A DNA stretch of 64,000 nt from positions 73,410,001 to 73,474,000 of the forward strand of contig CM052817.1 in assembly GCA_028534125.1 (NCBI GenBank), in the 5' to 3' direction. Below the pieces are notes generated by a model. It ran no database searches. It was not told where the DNA came from and saw only the letters and a list, made by a program, of their open reading frames with translations. The stretch is from Lama glama. Its lineage: Eukaryota. A program made the translations under genes and the position numbers. Shown here one piece after another: positions 37,990 to 49,635 of the stretch; the stretch's first letter is position 1; each line of letters opens with the position of its first letter.

Positions 37990-38220
37990 TATCATAACTA
38001 ATAGCTCTCTAGGACTTAACTGTGTGCCAGGCATTGCCCTTCTCGAGTTACACACCACCACAACCCTATGAAGTAAGTAAGTACGACTCTAGGCAAGGAA
38101 ACTAGAGGCACAGGAAGGTTAAGTGACTCATCCAAGATCCCACATCTGGACAGTGGCAGAACCAGGGTTCAGACTCAGGCAGACTGGCTCCAGAGTCCCT
38201 GTGCTTAACCACTATGGCAC
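37990..38220 (-). mobile_element. MIR
   Basis: aactgtgtgccaggca...cacaaccctatgaagta...ggaaactagaggcacaggaaggttaagtgactcatccaagatcccaca...cagactggctccagagtcc. Confidence 0.85.
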
Positions 38221-38799
38221 CCATCTCTTCAATAAAACAGCAAATGGCAAACAACCGTAGGTGCCAAGATCACCTCTATTCTCCTCCCAGTACTCTGCTT
38301 TCTCCAGTCCTCTTCCCATTTTTCTAGTGCCCTCAGTGATTGTGTTTCATCTTTCTGAATACATGGGAATGGGAATTGCTTGTGAGCTGCTGCCACCAGG
38401 CTGGGCTTTCCCAGTCCTGTCAGGTGCAGGTATGTCGCCTCAGCCCCATGGGCCACCTGAAATGCCTCTCATCCTTTGTGCCTGTCCCAGCGGGACTCTC
38501 CTCTCACTTCCTAACTCTGTAGTAGTGGCTCTTCTGGGTGACTGTAGTCTACCTGTAGGCTCTCCACCTTTAAGGGAAAAGCAAAATTTCCTGATTTTTC
38601 TATTTGTTAAGAGATAAGAAAGTGATGCTGGTGGGGTGTGTGTGTGTGTGTGTGTGTCTGGTGAATGACATACCTTAGTCCTATCCTTTATAAGCTTCAC
38701 TGATAATGTAACACACCCTTTCCTCCCAACTCCTCCACCTTTTCTTTCCCCAAGAAGATGAAGTCCTTACCATAAGGTTTAACAATTTTCGATGTGTGA

Positions 38800-39060
38800 T
38801 TCACAATGTGAGATTTAAAGAAGGGTTCTGTGGCAATTGCATTTGAAAAAACCTTGGATCAGAGAAAATTATACAGGCTCCTTTCCTTCAGAACTTTTCA
38901 GACCCATGTGAGTTAGAATCTTTTATATGCTAATGAACACATGAATCTTTAAGCAGGGAGGATTGAGCATGCATTCTTTTCCAAGTTTACTTGATCAAGA
39001 ACCATATATATATATATATATTTTTTTTTTTTTTGAGAACATGGCCTCGGGAAACAGGTG
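38800..39060. mobile_element. Old hAT-Charlie-type MER DNA transposon relic (subfamily uncertain)
   Basis: gggttctgtgg...ttttatatgctaatgaacacatgaatct...ttccaagtttacttgatcaagaacc resembles a recalled ancient MER consensus. Confidence 0.45.
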
Positions 39061-39728
39061 TGGATAATGAAGCACACAACCAAGGAGATGCCTGTAAAAG
39101 TGGCCTGAAAATGTCTTATTATCTAACCGTATTTTAATATCTGCATCTACTTTGACCTATGTTGTTAATTTTTGGACCTGGGAGTCTTTAGAGGTCTTTT
39201 AGAAAATATCCCCAGTGGGGCTGCTTGATATGATGGGCAGTGGTGTGTAGAGTGCCCCGCCCTTTGGAAATGGACTGCCCTGATGTCATCTTGACAGCCT
39301 TTGGGGAGACGTGAGAAGAGTCTCCTGTTTTGGGACTTAAATAGAGCAGTGTGAGTGAAACTTAGATGTGGGTACCTGGCCAAGAGGTGAGTTAATACAG
39401 GATCACTGGGCCTCTATTCAGCTTGCTCATTTTGATTTATACTCCAAACAGAAATAGATCATTAACATTTTGGGGCTTCACATTTTTGGACTGTTGTTTA
39501 GATGTTTGATTTTATTTAGACTATCTCTAACATTCTGGGTCAAGTCAAAGCCTTGCATCGCTTAACCTGTTTTTGTGAAGTGCAACAGTCTCAAATATAC
39601 TTCTAATAAAATAAATTTTATTCAAACAAACTGTTCCGAGAGTTTTACAGCTGTCTATAGATAAGCTATAGTTCTTGCCAGTATGTCTGTGCTCTGGCTG
39701 CTTCTTAATAAGAATTTAAAAAATGCAT

Positions 39729-40168
39729 TGTTAAAGAAAAAAATTATTCTGACGTTTGTTAAAATGGTAAGGAAGACTATTTAGGACTATTATGAAAGAT
39801 GTCAAGACTATCGTAATAGAGGTGAGAGATCAGGCTCAAATCCCAATATAGCAAAGAGAGCTGGGGATTTACAGCCAATGAGCAGAGTGAGGGGTCAGTG
39901 GATGGAAAATTACTAAGAGGAGACATCAAGGGTAGGAGGATTCTTGCTGAGCAGACTTAACAGGATTCTTGCTGAAGGCAAGCTAGGGTGACTAGACATC
40001 AAGAGTGGGAGATGGAGAGTTTGGTCAGATGTCCAAGGTGAGAGATTCTCTCCAAACTGACATCGCAGGATTATTTCTAAATGTGTGCTATCCAGCCCCA
40101 GCAAGGATAGGGGCCAAGACTGAGGCTCAAGGGAGCCTAACTAAAGTTTGGTAAGAGAGTCTTTGTCA
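39729..40168 (-). mobile_element. ERV1 solo LTR, MER31-like
   Basis: TG...CA termini. Minus strand begins tgacaaagactctcttaccaaactttagttaggctcc and ends cagaataattttttctttaaca. Confidence 0.85.
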
Positions 40169-40388
40169 ATTAGTACCAGAAAAAAAAAAAAAAAGATAAA
40201 AATTTTAAAAGGACTGTGAACAATAGACATGTGGATGAAATTAGTTTTCTAAGAAATGGATGAAGGTATTCCTCAGACTTATTGAGCATTCATATTTCAA
40301 AAAGTCAGGGGAACGTCAGGAGATATTGAATCAGCAGTGCATGTAAGATAATCTACCTTCTGAGTTCATCACTAACATATTATGTAAA

Positions 40389-41076
40389 ATGAGGTCCTAC
40401 CATATAGCACAGGAAACTATATTCAATACCTTGTAATAGCCTATAATAAAAAAGAATAAAAGGGAAAGAAGATGTGGTATACACGCACATGATGGAATAT
40501 TACTCAGCCATAAAAATGAAATAATGTCATTTGCAACAATGGAGGGACTTAGAGATTATCATAGTAAGTGAAATAAGTCAGATAGAGAAAGAAAAATATT
40601 GTATGATGTCATTTATATGTGAACTCTGAAAAAATGATAAAAATCTTATTTACAAACCAAAAATAGACTCATGGACATAGAAAACAGACTGTGGTTACCA
40701 AAGGGGAAGAGGTGGGGGAGGGATAAATTGGGAATTTGAGAATAACAGATACATATTACCATATATAAAATAGATAAACAGCAAGGACCTACTGTGTAGC
40801 ATAGCGAACTATACTCAATTTCTTGTAATAACATATAATGGAAAAGAATCTGAAATATATGTGTATATACATATATGTATGTAGCTGTATAACTGAATCA
40901 CTTTGCTGTGCACCTGAAACTAATATTGTAAATCAACTGCACTTCAATAAAAAACAAAATTATGAAAAAAAGAATATGAAAAGGAATATATATATATATA
41001 TATAAATATATAACTGAACCAGTATGCTGTACACCAGAAACTAATACCACAACGGTTTTTTTTAAATTGAAAAAAC
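40389..41076 (+). mobile_element. L1 3' end with a second L1 3' end (~40459-40960) nested in it
   Basis: Outer TSD catattatgtaaa at 40376-40388 and 41077-41089. Inner element (aaagaagatgtggtat...cacttcaataaaaaa) flanked by aaaaaagaata at 40448-40458 and 40966-40976. Confidence 0.88.
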
Positions 41077-41442
41077 CATATTATGTAAACTGTATTCTCT
41101 GCTACAATGGCCATAGCATAAAAGGCAGAGATGCTCATGGTTTGGCTTAGGCAGCTTGAAAAACCATTAGGAAATACTCATCTAGTATTCTGTCATCATG
41201 TTTAAATCCACAAGAACATATTTGTCCAGAATTTGGCAGCATGGATATTCCGAGCCTTTTACACTTTGTACAAGGCCCTAATTGGGTTTTTAAAAAAGAA
41301 GTAACATGTTACTATGCTGCAGTGATTTACTTAGTCACCTCTTACTGATTAGAAACAGAATAACAGCATACTACCACTCCAAGTTGGTTGGGCTTAGAGT
41401 GTCATTAAATATGCAAGTTGGGGAATATGGATAGTAAGGGAT

Positions 41443-41595
41443 TCAGTGCTCCTCAGACTTTAAAGTGCATGCAGATCACCTGGGATGTTGTGAAGATGCA
41501 GGTTCTGACTCCCTAGCCCTGGGATGGGGCCTCAGATTTTGCATTTCTATCAAGCTCCCATGTGATGCTGATTCTGCTGGTCCTTGGAATGTGCA
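41443..41595. mobile_element. MER5 (hAT-Charlie) fragment
   Basis: cagatcacctgggatgttgtgaagatgcaggttctgactc...ctgggatggggcctcagattttgcatttctatcaagctcccatgtgatgctgat. Confidence 0.8.
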
Positions 41596-41707
41596 GCAAA
41601 GATGTGACTCAAAAGAAATAGCACTAAGTGCTCTTTTGAGCTCTTTATTTACTTGTCTCCCCTAAAATTAAGATGAGTAGTTCTTAGTTTCAAATCATAT
41701 ATACATT

Positions 41708-42312
41708 TGTAGGGGAAGAGAAAAAGAACTTTTTCTCTACCCTCTACCTTCTGTTATTGGGATGTGCAAATTAGGCTGAAATTGACAAAAGACAGATTAA
41801 CGGGAGAAGAGGCATACAAATTTCATTTGATGTTAATATTTTAATTTTTGTGGGCACAGAGTCCTTCATAGAAAGGAAAAGAAGATCTAAAGAAGCAGTT
41901 AGGCTTGAGAGTTTATATACCATTTTAACAAAGGGCGATGAATTGTGGAGAAGTGATTAGACAAAGGAAAACAGGTTTGGGCTTCTAGGAACAGTAGATT
42001 GTGGGAAGGTAGATATATGGGAGGAAGTAATGGAAGATAAAGGTTATTTTAGTAAGGTTTGCTTATGCAGACTCACCTTGGTGTTGTCTTCCTGTCTCCA
42101 GTGATAATGGTTGTTTTCCTTTTTATGGTATGGGAGAGGGAAGAGAGAACACCTTCACAAAGGGAAATTTCTGTTTTGCTTTTAGGCAGGTAGGGTGAAG
42201 GCAGAGATATCTTTCTACATCCTACATTCACTGCATTTTAATTGCCTTCGGCTCAAAACAATTCTGATGCCAGAGTGGCATATTTTGGGGTGGCATATTT
42301 TGATCCCCTTCA
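41708..42312 (-). mobile_element. ERV1 solo LTR, MER34-like
   Basis: TG...CA termini. Minus strand begins tgaaggggatcaaaatatgccaccccaaaatatgccac. Perfect 4-bp TSD catt at 41704-41707 and 42313-42316. Confidence 0.9.
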
Positions 42313-42509
42313 CATTCTTGTCACATAGTGAAGAAAATCAGAATTATAATTTATTTATTACCTCCAGGAAGTGACTATTTCATGGATATGTTGTGCATTA
42401 TTTATAGGTAGCACTGCTTCCTTCGTTCTAGTAGTTCTTGTTAAGAGGAAGCATTTTTGTGGATATAAGCAATATTATTATTCACAAAAATAAGGTCAGT
42501 CACAAAAGT

Positions 42510-42730
42510 AATAAAACTGTCACATACTGAGCACAGACTATATGTGAGGCATTCTTCCAGATGCTCTTTATATATTATCTTTATAAGTCCTTACAACAAC
42601 ATTGCAAGATATATTGTTAGATATGTTTTGATTGATGGATGAGGAAGTCGTAGTTCAAAGAACTTAAGGTACCTGCAATCAAAAAAGGAAAATTTGAAGT
42701 CAGACTTGCTTGACTCCAAAGTTGTTTTAA
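42510..42730 (-). mobile_element. MIR
   Basis: tactgagcacagactatatgtgaggc...ccttacaacaac...gatgaggaag...cttgactccaaag. Confidence 0.7.
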
Positions 42731-45700
42731 TCTATAAGAATAAATTTGGAGGCAGTAATAGGAATGATACTCTTTTATTTTCCCAGTGGGATTTTATTCT
42801 ATTCTTCACATTCCATCTTAGTTCTTGTATTGACTGAAACAGAAGGAAATTAGAAAGGAAGACCAGCTTGGCTAAATGATTCCATTCAGGGCTGTGGCTG
42901 TTGGTAACATCATTGAGGACATAGATGATTTACAGAATATTTATACTCTTATTGAAAGTTTCTCTTTTCTTGACCTGGAATCTTGATTCTTGATTACGCA
43001 CTACAAATGCTAATCAGTCACTTCTGAAGTATATTAACACGCATACACAAGTATTTTCTTCACAGAAGTGGGTTCTGATTAAAAAAAATAAACAGCAGCA
43101 AAAGGCTTAATATATAAGCTGACAAGATCTAAAAAGAAAACGCAAAGCAAAGGACCTGAAGGATCCTATTTACTGTAAGGGACGTGCATTTTACAGCTCA
43201 CCAGACCTTCAGAGGCCCAGCCTCCAGCCATCCTGGACTCCCACCCTGATCATCTTAGCAGCAGTCAGTGGGATTAACAGAGTACGTCACCCATATATAC
43301 CATTCTTGTCTTTACTGTTTTATCATTTTGCTAAGAAGATTGGAGATTCTAGAAGTAAATGTAACTTCACAACTTTTACAGTACCTTGTTCCAGAGGGTG
43401 ACCTAAGTGTAGGAAATTTCCCATTTAATTTCCCCCCATTCAGGAAAAACAAACACAAGCAGACATGGGCAGTGGTGGGGTCCAGTGGCACATCTCTTGA
43501 GAGCGTGGCCAGTCATGGTTCTCAGGTTCTTTTTGTGCACAGAGTAGCTGCTCTGAGTAGAGGAAATGAGCGAGGGTTGTTTTCTATTCTGTCTGCACCC
43601 TCATTACCATGTGATGTGATATAATAAAAATGGGTGTCGGACCAAACTGTGTCCCATGAACATGCATTTCATAGCGAGTAAACACAAAAGCAGTCGTACA
43701 ACCTGGAATGCAGCTTCTAGTCTACAGTCTCCTTCATGCATTCCTGCGATCCCCAACATAAGGGAGATCCATCTCAGGTAAATGTTATGATGATCTGGCA
43801 GCAGGGTTCCTAACTGTGTCGTTGGATCAGGTGACAGAATCCTCTGATATGTGACAGACACAGGAAGAAATGAAGCTCTAGTCATAAGAACTGCCTCAAA
43901 GTTGTTATGCTGCTGGGCAGACAGGTGCTAGACCCCGCAGGGCAGAGCTGTCTGTCTAGTATTTCCAGCCAGTTCCCGTTGCGTGAGCACCACTCAGTTC
44001 ACTAGTCATAGATTATATCTCAGGCCCTTGTGTTAATTCATGACCCATCTTGCATAGATTCAGAGGGAGATGCTTGAAGTTTTTTCCTTGGGAATTTGCA
44101 CTTCTGGTCAGGGTTTGTCCAAAGTGAAAAGCCACCCCTCATGAAACGTGGTTTAGCTGCCCTCAGAGTGTAGAGTCAATGTCCAACCACGTCGTCCCAC
44201 TGACGACCATGAAGTCTTTGAAGTAAATGACAGATAAATGTGTTTGGGCCTTGGGCTAAATAGTCACTTGGCTAAATAGTTCCTGGGCAAAGCTAAAGAG
44301 CGAACTTAGGAGTTCTCTTAGCTATACTCTCTCAAAGGGTTATGGTTTTAGATAAGCTCATTCTGATCATTTGTTTCAATATTCACGTTAAAGTCTCATG
44401 CCTTTTACACTCCTGGTACCCTTTATTTTGTGTGTTCTGGATTTGGGAAAGGATGAGGGGAGGTGGACCCAGATAGATGTTGGGGTTTCTGAGTGATTTG
44501 GCCTCAGCAGTCTCTTCCCCTGGGTCCAGGCGGGCTCCAGCCCTCGGGGGAGCTGTCTTGCCCTAAGCTTGTGCTCTTCTGTTGTCTCTTATTTGCTGCC
44601 AGCTTCAATGGCAGGAAGCCAGAGGTTTTTGTTCTGCTACTTGAAGTCTCTTTCATAAAGTCTCTGCTGAGGAGCAATCAGCATGGGGGCAGCTGCATTG
44701 CTACTCATCTGTGACCACCCTGCCCAGCCTCAGCGCCTTCGTGGGGCTCCCTCTCACCTGACCAGCTTCAGCTTAGATCATTCAAAGGGCTAGTACTCTC
44801 CTGAACAGATGACCTTTATTGCTTGAAAAAAAACAAAAACAATGAAAAGATGAAATTTTAGTTGCTTACTTAATTTGTCCTGGTTTCCATGATGTTGGTT
44901 TGCTCCCTAGCAGACTGGACTGCACTGGCTGGTTGCTGCTCTGCTGGTCATGCAGCGACCATTTTGCAGAATACAGAGTACCACTCTCTACATCGGTTGG
45001 GTGGTACCTACCAGCAAATCTGATCCATTCTGTTGGGGAAAATAGCTCTAGTGAAAGGAAGGTTTATGTCAGTGTTTCATTATTACAGCATCCTATCACT
45101 CAGAGAATAAAACATTTATTTGATTAAGTGCCATTCACTGTACTGCTTTTCCCTGTCTCTCTCTCCTCCACACAGTCCCTTGGAGTCAGATTTACCATTT
45201 AATTGTGACCCAAGTTTTTAACAGAGGTTTTTTTTCTTCCTTTAAAAAAAAAGTCTTTATTTGAACACTAAGAAATAATTGAGAAGATCTGGGTTCCGGA
45301 CCCACCCTGGTACTAACTGGAAAAGACACTTGAACCCTCTGGGCCTTTGATTAAGTATCTAGAGAAATGAAGCAGTTAGAAAAATGATTACTGATATCTA
45401 TCTTTAGGTCTAAAATTCTATCACCAGAGAGTTACAACATAAGGCAATACTCTAAATTAGGAGCTTGCTTCATTATGTGGGTTTAATAAGTACTGGTAGA
45501 GTATTTAAAAAATTAACCTCTTAAAGTGGAAAGGTTTTACAATGGCTAATTTTTGGATGTAAGTTTTGCTTTCCAAGCTTGGGTGACTGGGGCTATTGTG
45601 ATTTGGGGCCCTTAGCCATAGGGGCTGCCAAAGGGTACAAAAGAATTGCTTCACTGTGAATTCTGCTGGACTTTTCTAAGGGTAAACAAACTTCCTTTGA

Positions 45701-46279
45701 CATGCACAAGTTTCCAAAGCGGTGCTCTCCTTAGGGAAGGTAGTTGCAGCTAAAAGGAGCCAAGCCTTTTTATTCAGTGGGTGAACATGAAAGCCACACA
45801 TAAATCTTAGAAGAACTGTGCTTTGCTGGGAGGCAGAGAATTCTCCCTGCACTCTGATGTGGGATATGCAGGAGGAACCCAGGAGGTCCCTGGGAGGGTG
45901 CAAACCAATTAAGTAAAAGTCTTGAGCTGAAATAGCTTTTTATCATCTGGGTGAGAAGCCACAGTTTTAAAGAAAAGGACTATTGTTTGACAAAGACCTA
46001 ATTAGCTGGGCTACACTCAAGCTCTTGGATTTATGTCTTCTTAGGGAAAGGAAAGGTTGAAATTGCATATGGACTACTAATTAGGTTGGGATTCCTTGAA
46101 ATTTGGAACTTCTAAATCCATTTCTGAGGAATTAGGATTCTCCTAAAGGCTGATCATATTTGACTAAGGAGGATTTAGATTGAGACCCAAACTATATATG
46201 TGGTTACTCTGATTTACTGAGGATTGTTTTAAATATTCTCTTTACCGCAGGCTTGGTAGTGCACATATTTTAACCTATT

Positions 46280-46455
46280 AAAGAGCATGGACTCTGGAGT
46301 AAACAATATGTGACTTTCAAATTCGGCTGTACAAAACCTCAGCTTTATAAGTAGCTACTAAATAGCTATTTGCTGTGAAGGGAGTTACTTAAATTACTTG
46401 AGCTTATGTATAAAATGGGGTACATAAAGGGTCATTGAAAGGATTAATACAATTT
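46280..46455 (+). mobile_element. MIR
   Basis: aagagcatggactctggagt...gagttacttaa...tataaaatgggg. Confidence 0.7.
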
Positions 46456-46520
46456 GATGGTATGGTTCGGGTCCCGGGGCACCCGATGGGGCTTCTAATC
46501 CTTACCTGGTATGATGTTTT

Positions 46521-46594
46521 AACACATAGCTCTTTCAGGGTGGCAACATTTTATCATAACACATAGCTCTTTCAGGGTGGCAACATTTTATCAT
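46521..46594. repeat. Perfect 37-bp tandem duplication
   Basis: aacacatagctctttcagggtggcaacattttatcat at 46521-46557 and 46558-46594. Confidence 0.97.
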
Positions 46595-46853
46595 AAACAC
46601 GGATTGAGGTAACTCTTTGTTAAAAACAAGCAAATAAAGAGATGGTGAGGGGAAAAGAGGGGATAAGATGGGGAGGGACTCAGAGCTATGTAGAGAATAT
46701 AACAAAGAAAATTTTTCTTGTTCTATAAGAACATCAAGAACTTGGCCCTGAGTTCAAATCTAGATTCAGATCTAGAGTGTGTCACTTACTAAGTGACTGA
46801 AGCAAATTATTTAGCATCTCTGCTTCAATTTCCTCCTCTAAAATGCTGAAGAT

Positions 46854-47000
46854 GGGGGGCAGGGTATAGCTCAAGTGGTAGAGTGCATGCTTAGCATGCA
46901 TGAGGTCCTGGGTTCAATCCTCAGTACCTCCATTAAACAAACAAACAAACCTAATTACTAACCTGTCACCCTTCAAAAAAGAAATGAAAAAAATAAAATT
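46854..47000 (+). mobile_element. tRNA-Ala-derived SINE (vic-1-like)
   Basis: gggtatagctcaagtggtagagtgcatgcttagcatgcatgaggtcctgggttcaatcctcagtacctcca...aaacctaattac. Approximate TSD aaatgctgaagat (46841-46853) / aaatggtgacaat (47001-47013). Confidence 0.92.
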
Positions 47001-47027
47001 AAATGGTGACAATAATAGTGGTCTTAG

Positions 47028-47753
47028 TGTTGTTCAACCTATGTTTGTGAGCATGATGCACTGTGAGGCCAAACAAACTAAAATGTTGGAGTTTGGAGCA
47101 GAGAAATGTCTATTTCAGGGCTGAGCAAGGAGAACGGGTGGCTCTTGCTCAAAAGATCCAAAGTCTCTTTGCTTTCAGGCCAGGATTTTTAAAGACAGTG
47201 TGAGGGGAGAGGGTTGTAGGATGCCTGATCAGCTAGTGGACCTTCTTCTGATTGGTAGGTGGTAAGATAACAGGGTGATGCTTCTGGAATCTCCACCTTC
47301 TGGTTCCAAGCAGTATGGGGTCTATGTGCTTGTGGTCAGCATGTGGCCACCATCCTCCACCTGGGTGGGGGGGTCTTAGTTTCTGTAAAACAACTCAGAG
47401 ATATATTCATCAGATTGTTATCTATATCCATTCAGGAGGAACTAGGAGGCCTGCGACTCTATTGTCCTAATCAATCATTAAGTGTTGAACCTGCTCCTTG
47501 GAACTTGGGGAAGGCCTTGGAGACTAAATCCTTTTTTTCCCCTACAAACAAGAACTGGGGGTGGGGCACAGGGGGGCTTTTGTACCCAGGAAGGCCTTAT
47601 AGGATCCTGCTCAGTTTCAGTCCCCCTTTTTCTTAGATACTCCTCAAGCCTGGAGGGGAACAGGTGCAGGACAAGAAGAGGAATGAAGTTTTGGATAGAG
47701 AGGTTCATCATAAACTCAACAGGGGAACTCAGTTTTAGGGGGACTCAATTTCA
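47028..47753 (-). mobile_element. ERV1-type solo LTR (cetartiodactyl family) with internal PPT-like start
   Basis: TG...CA termini, 4-bp TSD ttag/ctag, and MIR resumes on both sides. Minus-strand CCAAT box (attgg at 47251). Internal aagaaaaagggggac|tgaaactgag at 47634-47610. Confidence 0.82.
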
Positions 47754-49509
47754 CTAGAGTAGTTGTGAAGATGAAAAGAAATACAAGTTATAAAGAAAAC
47801 ATCTGGCATGTGCACAGCACCCAGTAAAAGTTAAGGATCATCATTACCTTCACGACCAACATTAAACTGCTGAGCTCTCAAAATCAAAAATAGGGACAAA
47901 CAACTTTAATATAGTGGTATTTGACAGATTTAAGGAATGATGCCTCTTCTTAAAGTAAATTAATTTCATTATATTTTAGCACCCAGTAATTACTTTTTTG
48001 ATTTCATAAAGAGAGAGAGATGTTTTGTCCAAAGAGGACAGTTCTAAGCTACATTTTTAAACATGCTAATCTGTCATGTGAAAGCTGGGCTTCATTATTT
48101 CTGGAGTGTTCCTGGCCAAGGCAGATCAGAGCTTTAATTTTTGGAATGCTAACAAGGGCAGCTGTATTCCAGAGTCCCAGTTGTTTTTATGGGATTTTGT
48201 TTTAAAAAGCATGGAAATAAAACTAATGGAGAAGATGTTTATAGACCCTGGTTTGAGAAGGGTTATTTCTCTTCAAATTATATGGCAATAAAATTAGTCA
48301 ATCTAATACTCAAATGTGAAGTCTTATGACCTAATCATATTTTAGATGAACTAGTTTTTTTTCTTTGCAATTATTTTATATATTTGACTTGGAAAGCATT
48401 TGTAAGGCATGAGATAAATGTTTTTCCTATGAGTAAAAAATTAAATGAAAACCATTTACTCTAGAGGATTCAGGAAATCCCAGAATTTGAATTTTCTTGT
48501 AAATAGTTTTTATATGTAAAATTATATGTGTACCTTTAGTGATGAAGATTTTGGAATCTATTAAATGCTTGCCATGTTGTAATTTATTCTAACCTATGTT
48601 TGTGTTTTTTTCTAGAACAAAAGATTATCTTTTTTCCCCAAATTACACTGTATTTCATTTTTGAAAAAATGATTTTGAGATACTAATTTCTATGTAGTCA
48701 GTGTGATTGTAACAATGAAAATCTAAAGGGTCTTTCAGTAGAGAAAAGGCTAGGAAGAAGAGTGGCCATGTGAAGGTAGTGGAAGCATTGGTGATTTAGA
48801 GTTTTTTATCTTTCCAATGTTCTTATTAAAATTGTTTTGATGATCATGTATTACTCCCAAATTAAAAAATCATCATTTCTAACTTTATGTAAGGTATACT
48901 AAATTCAATAGCCTGAGATTTCAGCATCATCTTAAAGGTTGAAAAATCTTGTTTTTTATTTTTTTATTCCTGCATAACTTTTAGGAAAACTTCCAACTTT
49001 AGTGTACCTTTATATATTTTTGATGTAGTATAACTATAATTGGTCAACTCAATTTTGTGTATTATAAGGAAAATAATCAAATATTTGTAAACAAAGGAAG
49101 GTCACATATCATATAATAAAATACTATTATTAAAGGAATTAACGAAAGATGAATGACAGTACAGTCGGGTATCCCCACGAGCAGGAATACATAGCAACCA
49201 GAATGACTCTCTAGATGGAGAGGTCATGAGAAGAAGAGACAGGGATTAGGTAGGGTATTATGAAGAAGAGCCAAAAGTTATTTGTAGAAAGAAGAACAAC
49301 AGAGTCAGAATAATAGGGAGGGACTAAAACAAGAGTTCTGGTTAAGAAATGAATGTTAGCATTCATTTAGCATTCATTAAAGATATTGTTCCAAGTGGGA
49401 TCAAGTTATCCTTAACCAGATACATTACTGATTCTCAGTGCCAGCTCATCATTTTGACATTGTGACATTTTGGGAAGGACCAGTAACATTTTCATTAAAT
49501 GGTAAGGAT

Positions 49510-49635
49510 TTTTTAAAACTTAAGTTTTACTGACTTATAATCGACATACAAACTTGTAAGATATTTAAAGTGTACATCTTGGAGATTTGGTACTTGTATA
49601 CATTGTGAAAGGAATCTCCCGTCTAGTTAATTAAT
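49510..49635 (-). mobile_element. L1MA-like 3' tip
   Basis: tataatcgacatacaaacttgtaagatatttaaagtgtacatc...atacattgtgaaagg. Confidence 0.7.

Larger units (their letters stand above)
46730..47850 (+). mobile_element. MIR split by a SINE and an LTR
   Basis: 5' half gtcacttactaagtgactgaagcaaattatttagcatctctgcttcaatttcctcctctaaaatg, then aataatagt (47011-47019), resuming gttgtgaagatg at ~47762. Confidence 0.7.

Noticed and set aside
44254..44280. Twin ctaaatag as MEF2 sites
   Set aside because: Two bases shorter than the CTA(A/T)4TAG consensus.
46521..46594. 37-bp direct repeats resembling a CRISPR repeat length
   Set aside because: The two units are adjacent with no spacer, in mammalian DNA with no cas genes; a simple tandem duplication.
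46509..46610. Possible box C/D snoRNA (atgatg...)
   Set aside because: No canonical RUGAUGA/CUGA pair or terminal stem.
46861..46932. tRNA-Ala(AGC)-like cloverleaf with intact anticodon stem (catgc-ttagcat-gcatg)
   Set aside because: The acceptor stem is broken, it continues into the SINE-specific 3' segment and A tail, and it has a TSD. It is a SINE copy, not a tRNA gene; the same applies to the other six copies.
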